Below, piece after piece: positions 10,355 through 19,604 of a stretch of 64,000 bases of DNA (positions are counted from its first letter, which is position 1; each line of letters starts with the position of its first letter). The stretch comes from Giardia intestinalis (lineage: Eukaryota). The DNA lies in assembly GCA_000002435.2 (NCBI GenBank), contig CM018789.1; one strand, given 5' to 3'. A model generated the notes under the pieces. That model ran no database searches. It saw only the letters and a program-made list of their open reading frames with translations, and had not been told where the DNA came from. Position numbers and translations under genes: made by a program.

Positions 10355-11968
10355 TCAGTGTGCAACCTCGTTCATTTCACGTGGTTCTTTGCCTTGTTTC
10401 GATTGTAACCTATTTATTCTATCAACTAGTTGCTGACTCATGACTACAGATCCTCTTACTGATGAGCGATTGTTGGCTGAATGTGAGGACTTGTTAAGAG
10501 ATCCCCGGACGGACAACAGCACAGGTAGCCTTGTAGACATGCGCTCAGATACACGATTTGATGTCTGCAAGTTCTCGAGATCAATGACTTTACGACGTGT
10601 TGGAACCTCATCATCTGATTGCTCGTAAATTACTGTACTGCCACGCGTCGACAATCTCTTGTCAATGGAGGCTTTCTGCATATTTGAGGTGTTTGGGTTG
10701 GAAAGTGTATCGACTGAGCCGACAATATTCCGAATGCTTCTCCTTTTAATCTCTTCAACTCGCTGCACATTCACCATGGTTGCATCACGAATGAATCGCG
10801 AGCCTCTCTCTTCATTGGGGTTATCCTTTGTATCTTCTTCATCCTCTTCCTCTTCTTCGAGCTCTTCCTCAGGCTCCTCTTTTTCATCGTTTTCCCCTTG
10901 TGCAAACTCCTGTTTGATATCTGATGGAGGATTGACAATCTGAGATTTAGACATGGAAATAAGGTATTCAAACGCCTGTCCAGCAGTACGAATGTCACTA
11001 ATGCTATCGGGAAAGACTCGAGGGTTTAGGCCAGCCTTCACCAGGGCGTCGATTTCATCTTTGTTCTGAATAGCTAGCTTGTAGCTGCTGATGATCTGAT
11101 GCAAAATAGAAGGCGTTCTCATGCCTTCAAAGCAGGCAGCAAAGTTCTTTCTGAAGGACTTATGGTGGTATGGATGATTCTCGATGAGATTTGAGGCTAG
11201 ATCTTCTTTGGTTAGTAGTCCACTTGTCAATATCTCGACATGGTAACTAATAAGGTTACCTAATGAATACAGCATGTATATTCCTGATGCCAGGATAATG
11301 GCTTCACCAATGAGAGAGATAGCAAAGCCTATGCGAAACGGAATGGTTATGAAGTCATAGACCAAAAAGCCAACCAAGACTAACGAGCAAAGGATTAATA
11401 AAGAAATGTAAATGGTAACAACTAACAGCATAATGTAAAAGTATCCGTGATTTCTAAAGCCAACGTCAGTGCCCAACCAAAAACAATGGTGGTCAAAGCG
11501 ATATACGCAGCAGTTACAAGTACGACAGTGTGTTGTGCGCAAGGGTCGCAAGTAAAGACACGTCTCACAATACTTCAATCTCATTGTGTAGCCGTTGTGG
11601 CTAATAATTGGGTCCCGATGGTGATCTAGAAGCTTTGTTGATGGAGAGAGAACCGGAATGAGCTCCCGGTCAAACTGCACAGAAGGAATAATACCAGGAT
11701 CAACAAGACCTGTGACCAAGATCATGACAATTGAGGCAATAAGTGAGCCATCAAGAAGGAGGTGAGCAATAACGTGCCATGCAAGGTGCTGTGGATTTGA
11801 GTGAGAGAGGTAGAAGTCGACCCAGAAGATGGCCAAAGCGGCGATAACCAAACAAATAGTGCCAATGAGAAAGCATAACTGAGAGCCCACAACTACCCTC
11901 CCACCCATCATCACCTTATTCGCGCCATACCACCGTATTTTGATGTCTTTGGATAGCTTAATTAGCAT
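10355..11968 (-). CDS. DHHC-type protein S-acyltransferase (palmitoyltransferase), 537 aa
   Basis: Canonical DHHC cysteine-rich domain CETCLYLRPLRTTHCRTCNCCVYRFDHHCFWLGTDVGFRNHGYF, flanked by hydrophobic TM segments. It has an acidic tail (EEPEEELEEEEEDEED). ATG at 11966-11968 verified. Confidence 0.85.
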   Translation of the reverse strand: MLIKLSKDIKIRWYGANKVMMGGRVVVGSQLCFLIGTICLVIAALAIFWVDFYLSHSNPQHLAWHVIAHLLLDGSLIASIVMILVTGLVDPGIIPSVQFDRELIPVLSPSTKLLDHHRDPIISHNGYTMRLKYCETCLYLRPLRTTHCRTCNCCVYRFDHHCFWLGTDVGFRNHGYFYIMLLVVTIYISLLILCSLVLVGFLVYDFITIPFRIGFAISLIGEAIILASGIYMLYSLGNLISYHVEILTSGLLTKEDLASNLIENHPYHHKSFRKNFAACFEGMRTPSILHQIISSYKLAIQNKDEIDALVKAGLNPRVFPDSISDIRTAGQAFEYLISMSKSQIVNPPSDIKQEFAQGENDEKEEPEEELEEEEEDEEDTKDNPNEERGSRFIRDATMVNVQRVEEIKRRSIRNIVGSVDTLSNPNTSNMQKASIDKRLSTRGSTVIYEQSDDEVPTRRKVIDLENLQTSNRVSERMSTRLPVLLSVRGSLNKSSHSANNRSSVRGSVVMSQQLVDRINRLQSKQGKEPREMNEVAH

Positions 11969-12083
11969 CTGTCAATGTATAAATTTTGAAAACAAAAATT
12001 GATTGACCGCGATATCGACTCTGTAGACCTGGGCGACACAGAAAGAGCTAGATATGCTTCTAATCATGTAGCTGCACTTGTAA

Positions 12084-12674
12084 TTACTCTTCTTTATTCT
12101 TTAGGTCGATGAGGAACTTGCTTAGCTCTTTTTCACAAATCAAAGCTTGGGCCATCTCACTAGCAGAGCTAAGCCGTGTTCCATTCCGTAAAAGCCACGC
12201 TTTGGCGATGAACCTTTCGAGTGTCTCCTCCCAGCCTTTGCGGTCGTCAGACGTCAGCTCACTAGATTGTTCCTGCTGCCAGGCGGGAGGCTTTGCTGTG
12301 CACGACAGGGTATCTAGCAAATGTTCCCTTTCACATTCCTGTTGAGATAGATGGAGAATAATGCGAACAAGGATGTATGCTCCCCGTTCCTCATTAAGAC
12401 TAGCAAGATTCGTAGGCGTAAGGGCACCTCTAAGCCACTGATAGTACTCTTTAGGATTCTCCGTGGCATCCGTGACAACCAACGAGTAAACACCCCTGTG
12501 CTTCACTCTGATTGCCCGCAAGGAGCATAATGCCAACACGCCGTTTAGTTTTTCAAGCTTTTCGGCTGGTGAGGAGGCCTCAACTAAAGCAAAAATGATT
12601 CTACAGGGAACAAAGCTTTTACTCTTTGCTGCTGCTATCAACAGCTGACACGCGTGCTCCAGACCTGTATCCAT
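12084..12674 (-). CDS. Hypothetical protein, about 196 aa. Start moved to the first ATG because the track's start at 12692 is a GTG
   Basis: ORF in the track; codon at 12690-12692 is GTG, first in-frame ATG is at 12672-12674 (MDTGLEHACQLL...). Confidence 0.5.
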   Translation of the reverse strand: MDTGLEHACQLLIAAAKSKSFVPCRIIFALVEASSPAEKLEKLNGVLALCSLRAIRVKHRGVYSLVVTDATENPKEYYQWLRGALTPTNLASLNEERGAYILVRIILHLSQQECEREHLLDTLSCTAKPPAWQQEQSSELTSDDRKGWEETLERFIAKAWLLRNGTRLSSASEMAQALICEKELSKFLIDLKNKEE

Positions 12675-12748
12675 GATTTTATTTTGAGGCACTTAGAGTC
12701 GCAGAGAAAATTAATCTGCAACATGATAGATTGGCAGATGTAAAACCA

Positions 12749-13195
12749 TCAAGAACAATATCTGTCCAGGACGTTACCAAGCTTTTTCCATTGGTCCTCG
12801 GTTAAGCTCCTTTGCCTCATCGATGGAAGCTCAGCTTTGAGGACGTCCAATGCTGAGCTGGAAGCCACTCGGGAGCCTCCAATATCTAATCCAAGAATTT
12901 GAACAACCTCCATCTCAGTGAGGTATTGCAGATCTAGGAGCTCCCTATGAAGGTCTTTTAAGCGTGTCTTCCTCTTCCCCAGATACTCATCATATTGTTT
13001 GTAAAATCGCACTGCGTCACTAAAGTATTGGGACCTCTCGATTCCGCTACCTTGGGGAATGTCTAAGGACGGAAATTCAAGTTGTGCAAGGGGCTTAATG
13101 TATACCTTGCTTGGATCTCTGATGGCATTGTCACCGTCCTCAGAAGATAATGGAACAAAGTTGGGTGGAAGAGAAACGGTGTCTCCTAAATCCAT
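12749..13195 (-). CDS. Hypothetical protein, 148 aa
   Basis: ORF with a verified ATG at 13193-13195. It is only 18 bp from the divergent plus-strand ankyrin gene. Confidence 0.5.
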   Translation of the reverse strand: MDLGDTVSLPPNFVPLSSEDGDNAIRDPSKVYIKPLAQLEFPSLDIPQGSGIERSQYFSDAVRFYKQYDEYLGKRKTRLKDLHRELLDLQYLTEMEVVQILGLDIGGSRVASSSALDVLKAELPSMRQRSLTEDQWKKLGNVLDRYCS

Positions 13196-13213
13196 AAAAT
13201 TTTATAAGCGGGT
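13196..13213. promoter_or_regulatory. 18-bp bidirectional promoter spacer (aaattttataagcgggt) between two divergent start codons
   Basis: ATG at 13195 (-) and ATG at 13214 (+) are separated by 18 AT-rich nucleotides. Confidence 0.45.
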
Positions 13214-15073
13214 ATGATAGCTAATGTCCAGGATTGGTTTGTGGCCATTGCTAGCGGTAACGAGGATGACGTCAGAGAATTTATGAGTGAGTACGTAGGC
13301 TCTAGAGATGAAACAGGAGACACTGCTCTCATTATAGCGGCGCGCATGGGGGAAGCAGGAATAGTGCGCCTTCTTTCTACTACTCAGGAAGTTGGCCTCA
13401 TTAACAAGGAAGGATGCACAGCGCTGATAGCAGCGGCAATGTCTAACAAGCCTGAAACATGCGAAATCTTGGTAACCCTAGAAAAGCACATACCCCTTCG
13501 GGACGGGCGCGATGCCTTAATGCTAGCCGCCTTCATGGCCAACTATGAGGCAGTGTCTGTTCTGGTAAGGCACATGGCATTGGTTGAAGATGAGAACCAG
13601 ATGAATGCTCTAGATTACGCCGTGGTAGGAGGATCGCTGAACGTTGTGAGGGCTATTGTGGAGGCCCAGGATAGCATAGATGATAAGCTAGAGTATGCCA
13701 TTTTTTTAGCAACAGAGCCCATCAGAGAAGATATCCTAGAGTATCTCAAGCAATTTAAAGGCGCTTCACCCTCCGACCACCGACAGGCAGATGCATCTGC
13801 CAGGTCTCCTGTGGGTACCCAGTCTCTCAGCAAGCTCGAAGAAGAGCTTCGGCAAGTTCTCGAAGAACGAGATACCATCGCAGATGAGCTTACCACTCTG
13901 AATCTTCATCTAGGAGCACTATTTACGTCTCTTGGAGCCCTTCGGAAGAAGCGCCTTGCCATAAGTACTACGGGGTCTACCTTCTCATCCACGCTGACAA
14001 CGGGAAATAATAGCACTTTACTGGCAGCTCAGCCACAGATAACCTCTGAGCAATCTCAACTACAAGACATAACAACACTACCGGAAGCCATAAATGAGCT
14101 AGAACTCCTCCTTACAGTGCCTTTTGGAGCCGGCTCCGCAGATATCTACGAGGAAATAGAAGACCAAATAAAACAGCTGAGCAGAGCCGTTGCTGAGCTG
14201 CAGGATCTGAATGCTGCCAAGGATGAAGAGATAGCAGAGCTCAAACGTGCGTTAGAGTGTGATATAGATGGCAATGTTACGGAGGCGATTGCCCAGAAAG
14301 ATGCGCAAATAGAGGCTCTACAAGCAAAGGTAACTGACCAGGAGGCTAAGCTCGATAGCTATGCTCTTGAATTGGAAGCTGCAAAGAGGTCTGAGAACAG
14401 TGTGCCGGCTCTTAAGGCAGAGTTAAAACTCAAGGACAAAGTTATCAGCGGATTGCTATCAACAATCCAAAAACAAGAAAAAAGTTTTTCGGCAATAAGG
14501 TCTGCCTTTCAGCAGAAAGAAGTGGAGACCCAAAAGTATAGGACTGCTATCGGCTGCTCTGAGTCGACGGTTAAGAACCTTATCACAGCCAACGACTACG
14601 AGCGAGCACGCTTCAGTGCCCGTAACTCCCTGGTGATAAACTCCCCAGTGAGGCTTTCTGGCGCATGGGGATCTATGCTTTCAGATGGCGCCACCCCTGC
14701 CATGGACAGGCCTGCAATGGCTCCGGCAAGCATTAGGCAAGCATCAGCTGCCGGCGAGCCTCCAGAGGAAGCTGCAAAGGAGCCCAATCCCGCTTCTATA
14801 GCCAGCATTTCTCGTCTGTGTGCTATAAGGTCGCCCACCTCAGGTCAGCGCAGCTCTACTCGCGTGAGGAGTACGCGTATGACTATGAGTGAAGAGGAGC
14901 GAGCGGAGCTACGGAAGAGCATACGCATGAAGATGACGGAAAACAAGATGCTGAAGGAAGCCCTTATTAATGCTAGCCCTTCGGACACAGAGGCAAGAGT
15001 CCTTCGGGAGGAAATAGATAGGCTAAAAGATTTGTTGAGAGCCAGTTCCCCAACTGGGGAGAAACGCGATTGA
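13214..15073 (+). CDS. Ankyrin-repeat plus coiled-coil protein (Giardia Protein 21.1 family), 619 aa
   Basis: N-terminal WFVAIASGNEDDV and ankyrin repeats (GDTALIIAARMGEAGIVRLL, GCTALIAAAMSNKPETCEILV, GRDALMLAAFMANYEAVSVLV). The C-terminal half is heptad-rich coiled coil. Confidence 0.8.
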   Translation: MIANVQDWFVAIASGNEDDVREFMSEYVGSRDETGDTALIIAARMGEAGIVRLLSTTQEVGLINKEGCTALIAAAMSNKPETCEILVTLEKHIPLRDGRDALMLAAFMANYEAVSVLVRHMALVEDENQMNALDYAVVGGSLNVVRAIVEAQDSIDDKLEYAIFLATEPIREDILEYLKQFKGASPSDHRQADASARSPVGTQSLSKLEEELRQVLEERDTIADELTTLNLHLGALFTSLGALRKKRLAISTTGSTFSSTLTTGNNSTLLAAQPQITSEQSQLQDITTLPEAINELELLLTVPFGAGSADIYEEIEDQIKQLSRAVAELQDLNAAKDEEIAELKRALECDIDGNVTEAIAQKDAQIEALQAKVTDQEAKLDSYALELEAAKRSENSVPALKAELKLKDKVISGLLSTIQKQEKSFSAIRSAFQQKEVETQKYRTAIGCSESTVKNLITANDYERARFSARNSLVINSPVRLSGAWGSMLSDGATPAMDRPAMAPASIRQASAAGEPPEEAAKEPNPASIASISRLCAIRSPTSGQRSSTRVRSTRMTMSEEERAELRKSIRMKMTENKMLKEALINASPSDTEARVLREEIDRLKDLLRASSPTGEKRD

Positions 15074-15164
15074 AGGCATAACGAGGTAGTTTAAAATAAA
15101 ACTCCGTGTAAAATTTTACATCCATTTAATATTATATCATTTTGGCACATTCTTTTGCTGGCCA

Positions 15165-17105
15165 ATGCAGGCGGAATGGTTTGAAGCCGTGAGTGCGCGG
15201 AACCTGGACTACATTGCACAGAATTTGGAGCAGTGCTGCACTCTACACAACGAGCAGGGACTCACCGGGCTGATGATAGCTGCTAAGAACGGAGACATCG
15301 ACATTGTGAAGAAACTAGTCCCTTACGAGGCAGGACAGCAGGACCCCGATGGTATCCCTGCCGCCATCTATGCATACAATGCAAAGCATATAGAGATTAT
15401 GGAGGAGATCCTTCAAGCAGAAGCGTCTTATAGGTTTACCGATGACTCTGATATCCTCATGTATCTTATCCGGCACGGGTGCAATGATGTGCTTCTTAGT
15501 ATCGTACATCACTTCCCTTCTCACATCGACTATAATGGCTACTCTCACCTGGATCATGCAGTCATGTGCAGGAATACATACGCCATTGAGCTCTTGGTGA
15601 ATAGCTTTGAGTACGATGAGTCAGCTATTTCACGTGCTCTAGCTTTAGCCGAGGAAGTAGATAAGAAGGCTCCCGCGAAGAACTTGAGCAGTGGGGAACG
15701 GCCCATTGTTCTTATTCTTTGTGAGCTCTTTAATATTAATCCCCGAAGCATAGCATCTCCTGAAATAGATGACCTGCAGTATTATGCAAGAGGTAATGCG
15801 AGCACTCTGACGGATCCCTGTGTTGACATTGGCTCGGCGATAACCGGAATTAGCGCCCTCTCTGAACGCAATAGCGTGGCCTTTTCAGATGCGTTGGGAC
15901 TTTTCCTGCCTGACGAATACGGCCCTGCGGCCAGGGGGTCTGTCGCCAACCTGCCCCCAACTGGCCCGGTACAAGGGAATCCTGGGTCTCCTGGCCACCC
16001 CCAGTCTCCCCGGCTGTTGTCTCAGCCCGAGTATCCAGACGCAAACATCAGCTCGTTTAATAGAAAGTTCCCGCCGACCAATCCTACTAATAGGGTTAGT
16101 CTCCAGATACCCGGGACAAAGTATGGGCCTATATCGACTGGCATTTATGAGAAGACCCTACCCAACAGGCCTCTATCTATAAGCGGGCTCAAGGCTATGC
16201 AAAGTGACACCGAAAACTCCGTCATAGACACGGCCAATATCCTAGATATTACCCTTTTGAAGAAGGAGTACTCGAAGGCCATCATGGAGTGTGAAAGGTT
16301 ACGAAAGGAAGTCCAGCATCAGCGGTTGGCACGGCTCCATGCCGTCAACGCAACAGTACAAGCGGTGCCCACCAGGCGGGAGGCTATTGTTCAAACTTGT
16401 AATGAGGCTCCTGATGCACCTGCATCTCAGGAAGACGGTGTTTATCAGCAAGACCTTGCTGCGGCCAAGGTCACCCCATCTACGACCCGTGAGGAGCTTG
16501 TGGCTATAGTTCTGGCTCTGCGGAAAGAAGTGGAAGTGAAGAACAAGCTTCTCACCCTGGGGTCACAGCCCGGTAAGGCCTCTCAATCAACGATTGATTG
16601 CATGGCAACTGCACTGCGCCGTCAGACCGAAGCCAGCAAGGCCCAGCGCCAGGCAATGCAGGCCAAGAATGAGCAGTTGGCACAGCTTCATATTGCGTTG
16701 CAAAAGCGTGAGCAGCAGATCCGTAGTATTCAGATAGCAGCTCAGGCGTATAATAAGACTCATCAATCCCACATTGATGTGCCTACTGATTTGCCTACTG
16801 ACCGTGAGCCCGTAGCGACGACTTTTGCCCCTAGCCTCCCTGAGACAGGAGTAAGCACAGAGACATACGTAAAGCTGTCCAAGGAAAACAGTGAGTTGAC
16901 ACAACAGGTCAAGCAGCTAAAGCGCGAAGTTAGCAGCTTAAAGAGCAAACTAGGCCTTACTCAGGACCCAAGCCGCGTGACTGAAGATGGGGTGGGTCGA
17001 GCACAATTATCTCCGCTAATATTGCTTCAAATTGAAAACATCAAACTAAAGAAGCAGCTCAACGATAAGGTGAAGCTTCTAAGCAACCAAGAAAACCACA
17101 TCTAA
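15165..17105 (+). CDS. Ankyrin-repeat plus coiled-coil protein (Protein 21.1 family), 646 aa
   Basis: N-terminal WFEAVSARNLDYI, GLTGLMIAAKNGDIDIVKKLV ankyrin repeats; C-terminal Q/K-rich coiled coil. Confidence 0.75.
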   Translation: MQAEWFEAVSARNLDYIAQNLEQCCTLHNEQGLTGLMIAAKNGDIDIVKKLVPYEAGQQDPDGIPAAIYAYNAKHIEIMEEILQAEASYRFTDDSDILMYLIRHGCNDVLLSIVHHFPSHIDYNGYSHLDHAVMCRNTYAIELLVNSFEYDESAISRALALAEEVDKKAPAKNLSSGERPIVLILCELFNINPRSIASPEIDDLQYYARGNASTLTDPCVDIGSAITGISALSERNSVAFSDALGLFLPDEYGPAARGSVANLPPTGPVQGNPGSPGHPQSPRLLSQPEYPDANISSFNRKFPPTNPTNRVSLQIPGTKYGPISTGIYEKTLPNRPLSISGLKAMQSDTENSVIDTANILDITLLKKEYSKAIMECERLRKEVQHQRLARLHAVNATVQAVPTRREAIVQTCNEAPDAPASQEDGVYQQDLAAAKVTPSTTREELVAIVLALRKEVEVKNKLLTLGSQPGKASQSTIDCMATALRRQTEASKAQRQAMQAKNEQLAQLHIALQKREQQIRSIQIAAQAYNKTHQSHIDVPTDLPTDREPVATTFAPSLPETGVSTETYVKLSKENSELTQQVKQLKREVSSLKSKLGLTQDPSRVTEDGVGRAQLSPLILLQIENIKLKKQLNDKVKLLSNQENHI

Positions 17106-17203
17106 ATTGTGTGGCTCTATCAGCTTTAACATGTGGTAAATCAATAAAATATTTGTTTTGAAAACGCCTTGTGGCAGCAATCGATCAACAGCTGCTGCAT
17201 ATT

Positions 17204-19174
17204 ATGGATTTTGGCGATGACCTAGCTGGGATGAATCTGGACTTTATGTTCGACTTGGGCTCTCCTGCGTCATCCCCGGTCACAAAGTCTAACAACACTG
17301 GAAGCATGGTCTCGCTCTTCAGTAACTTCAGTAACTGCTCCATGAGTCCACGATCAAACATCCAATGTTACACAGAAGAAACACAGAGTGTTCAGAGCCT
17401 GCATACAACCTCCCATCCTTCAGCCAATACTTTACTTCGTCCAATATTTTTTGACTCTACTGTACAAGATAGCTATTACTGCGAGAGTACAGGCAGCGAT
17501 GGGGTTGGAGCTTCCTCTATAGTGCTGGATAGTACAGCTGAACCCAGCAGCGTGGCTATTTCGGCTTGCACTCTTTCCCCCGGTACCACCCAACCCGCTC
17601 TGCATCAGAGAAACCTAACGAAAGCCAGAGAGAGGGGAGACACACGCTTGATTCATGCAGCATATGCTGGTGATGTTTCCACCGTTTCGTCTCTGATGCA
17701 CTTGGTTCAGTTGAAGAATACTCACGGGATGACGGCGCTGATGGCTGCTGCCTATAGTGATTGCGATCAGTGTGTGTCTATCCTCCTTCCGTTTGAAAAC
17801 CGTCTTCAAGCTAATAACGGGATGACGGCTTTAATGTGTGCAGCGGCGAAGGGGAGCATTAAAAGTGTATCAATGCTGATTGACACAGAACTGCGGATCC
17901 AGGATAAGAACGGGAGAAGTGCTCTTATGTATGCTGCCCAGAAAGGTAACTATGAGTGCGTGAAGATGCTGTTAGGAGAGGCTACGCTGACTGACAAGGC
18001 TGGAAACACGGCCCTTATCATAGCTACCATGATGGGATATATGCATTGTGCTCGGTGTCTTCTTAAGCACGAAGCGGGCTTTAGACTGCCATCCGGGCTG
18101 ACCGCCCTTATGATAGCAGCCCACAAAAAAGACGCAGCAATAGCATCTCTACTTCTTTCAGAGTGCAGGCTGCGTGACAATAAAGGAAAGACTGCATTGA
18201 TGTATGGTGCCGAGGCAGGCGCTGACGGATGTGTGGAGATTCTTATGACCCACGAGAGTGGTGTCCAAGATTGTAAGGGTAATACGGCATTAATGTATGG
18301 AGCTAGGGCGGGGCATTTTGGATGCGTCGAACTCCTAGCATCATTAGAGTCCCAGTGCATTAACTCTGCTGGGTACACTGCACTTATGATGGCCGCATGC
18401 GGGGACTTTTCGGACTGCGTGGACGCCCTCGTAGATCTCGAGGGGGGAATGACAGACAAGGATGGCCGTACAGCGCTGATGCTTGCGGTGTCATCAGAAG
18501 CCGTCACCTCCGCGAAACTGCTACTCAGCGAGGCTAGAATGGTCGATAAAGTAGGGAATTTCGCATTAATATATGCAGTTCACAAAAACAACGAGGCCCT
18601 GATTCGTTTGTTATCTGAAAGAGAGGTACGCATGCAGACACCTAAGGGGTATACAGCGCTTATGATTGCTGCATCAATGCCCTGTAAAGAAATAACTGAG
18701 CACCTGCTCGATGAGATAGGGCTTATCACAAAAGATGGGTATTGTGCCCTATACTATGCAATAGATGCTGGTAATAGTTGTGCAATTAACCTGCTATTAC
18801 CGTATGAAGCTTCTCTTCTGGGGATAACGTCAGACATGCGGTATGCTCTGTGCGGCGACGTAGTGTCCTTGGCACTATCCCACACTCGGGGAATACCATA
18901 CAGAGACAAGTTTGGACGGACGGCACTTGTGTATGCAATCTTAGGGAATCACCTTAAATGTGCTGAGCTGCTAACAGAAGACAGTGATATTGCTGATGTT
19001 AACGGGTGGACCCCTCTCATGTATGCGGCGAAACGAGGCTATACTCAGTACATAGATTTGCTTCGAGGCTCTAATTGCTCTGCAATAAATAAAAATGGTC
19101 ACACACTTCTAGATATCGCCAAGAAGGCCGGGCATGCTGCCTTCCTTCATGCGGCAACCCATATTCTTAGTTAA
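17204..19174 (+). CDS. Ankyrin-repeat protein (Protein 21.1 family), about 656 aa. Start moved from the track's GTG at 17171 to the ATG at 17204
   Basis: More than ten consecutive ANK repeats of the form G.TALM.AA..G....V..LL. 17171-17173 is GTG; first ATG is at 17204 (MDFGDDLAG...). Confidence 0.75.
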   Translation: MDFGDDLAGMNLDFMFDLGSPASSPVTKSNNTGSMVSLFSNFSNCSMSPRSNIQCYTEETQSVQSLHTTSHPSANTLLRPIFFDSTVQDSYYCESTGSDGVGASSIVLDSTAEPSSVAISACTLSPGTTQPALHQRNLTKARERGDTRLIHAAYAGDVSTVSSLMHLVQLKNTHGMTALMAAAYSDCDQCVSILLPFENRLQANNGMTALMCAAAKGSIKSVSMLIDTELRIQDKNGRSALMYAAQKGNYECVKMLLGEATLTDKAGNTALIIATMMGYMHCARCLLKHEAGFRLPSGLTALMIAAHKKDAAIASLLLSECRLRDNKGKTALMYGAEAGADGCVEILMTHESGVQDCKGNTALMYGARAGHFGCVELLASLESQCINSAGYTALMMAACGDFSDCVDALVDLEGGMTDKDGRTALMLAVSSEAVTSAKLLLSEARMVDKVGNFALIYAVHKNNEALIRLLSEREVRMQTPKGYTALMIAASMPCKEITEHLLDEIGLITKDGYCALYYAIDAGNSCAINLLLPYEASLLGITSDMRYALCGDVVSLALSHTRGIPYRDKFGRTALVYAILGNHLKCAELLTEDSDIADVNGWTPLMYAAKRGYTQYIDLLRGSNCSAINKNGHTLLDIAKKAGHAAFLHAATHILS

Positions 19175-19248
19175 CTTGTTCTGATTTTTTCGTTTTTGGT
19201 TAAATAGTGCTACCACAAGTTTTAGCTCTTTACAGCGGGAGAAAAAAA

Positions 19249-19584
19249 ATGTCTCTGAGCAACTGCCTTCACAAGCCCGACGAGGAGAGGACCAAGGAGA
19301 AGCACGTCCCCGAGATGAAGCTCAGCGGGAACCACGTTGACATCAGGTGCGGCGCTACGGTCATGCACCCGGCGACTGAGAAGCACTACATCGGGACGAT
19401 CCGCCTCTTTGGCATCACTAAGGAGGGCAACGTCACCTTGGAGCTGGGCTGCCAGCAGATTTGGCCGGGTCTTGGAGAGCCTGTTGCTAGCTTCCGTGTC
19501 TGTGACCTGGAGAAGTACAAGGGCCTTTTAGCTGTTGCTTATTGCAACCTCCACGGCTGCTGGGAGAACTACATGGAGCTCTAG
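19249..19584 (+). CDS. SOR: Superoxide reductase (1Fe-SOR, neelaredoxin/desulfoferrodoxin centre II type), 111 aa
   Basis: EKHVP motif (TKEKHVPEM). His ligands are in the right spacing (HVD, HPATEKH) and the C-terminal CNLHGCWEN matches the SOR CN[IL]HGxWE Fe-ligand motif. The track ORF starts at a GTG (19207). First ATG is at 19249, preceded by gagaaaaaaa. Confidence 0.8.
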   Translation: MSLSNCLHKPDEERTKEKHVPEMKLSGNHVDIRCGATVMHPATEKHYIGTIRLFGITKEGNVTLELGCQQIWPGLGEPVASFRVCDLEKYKGLLAVAYCNLHGCWENYMEL

Positions 19585-19591
19585 AGAGTTG

Positions 19592-19598
19592 AGTAAAC
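19592..19598 (+). terminator. Polyadenylation signal AGTAAAC 8 nt after the SOR stop, inside a 20-bp convergent spacer
   Basis: Exact AGTRAAY match between the SOR TAG (19582-19584) and the stop of the minus-strand gene (19605-19607). Confidence 0.55.
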
Positions 19599-19604
19599 TC
19601 CTGC

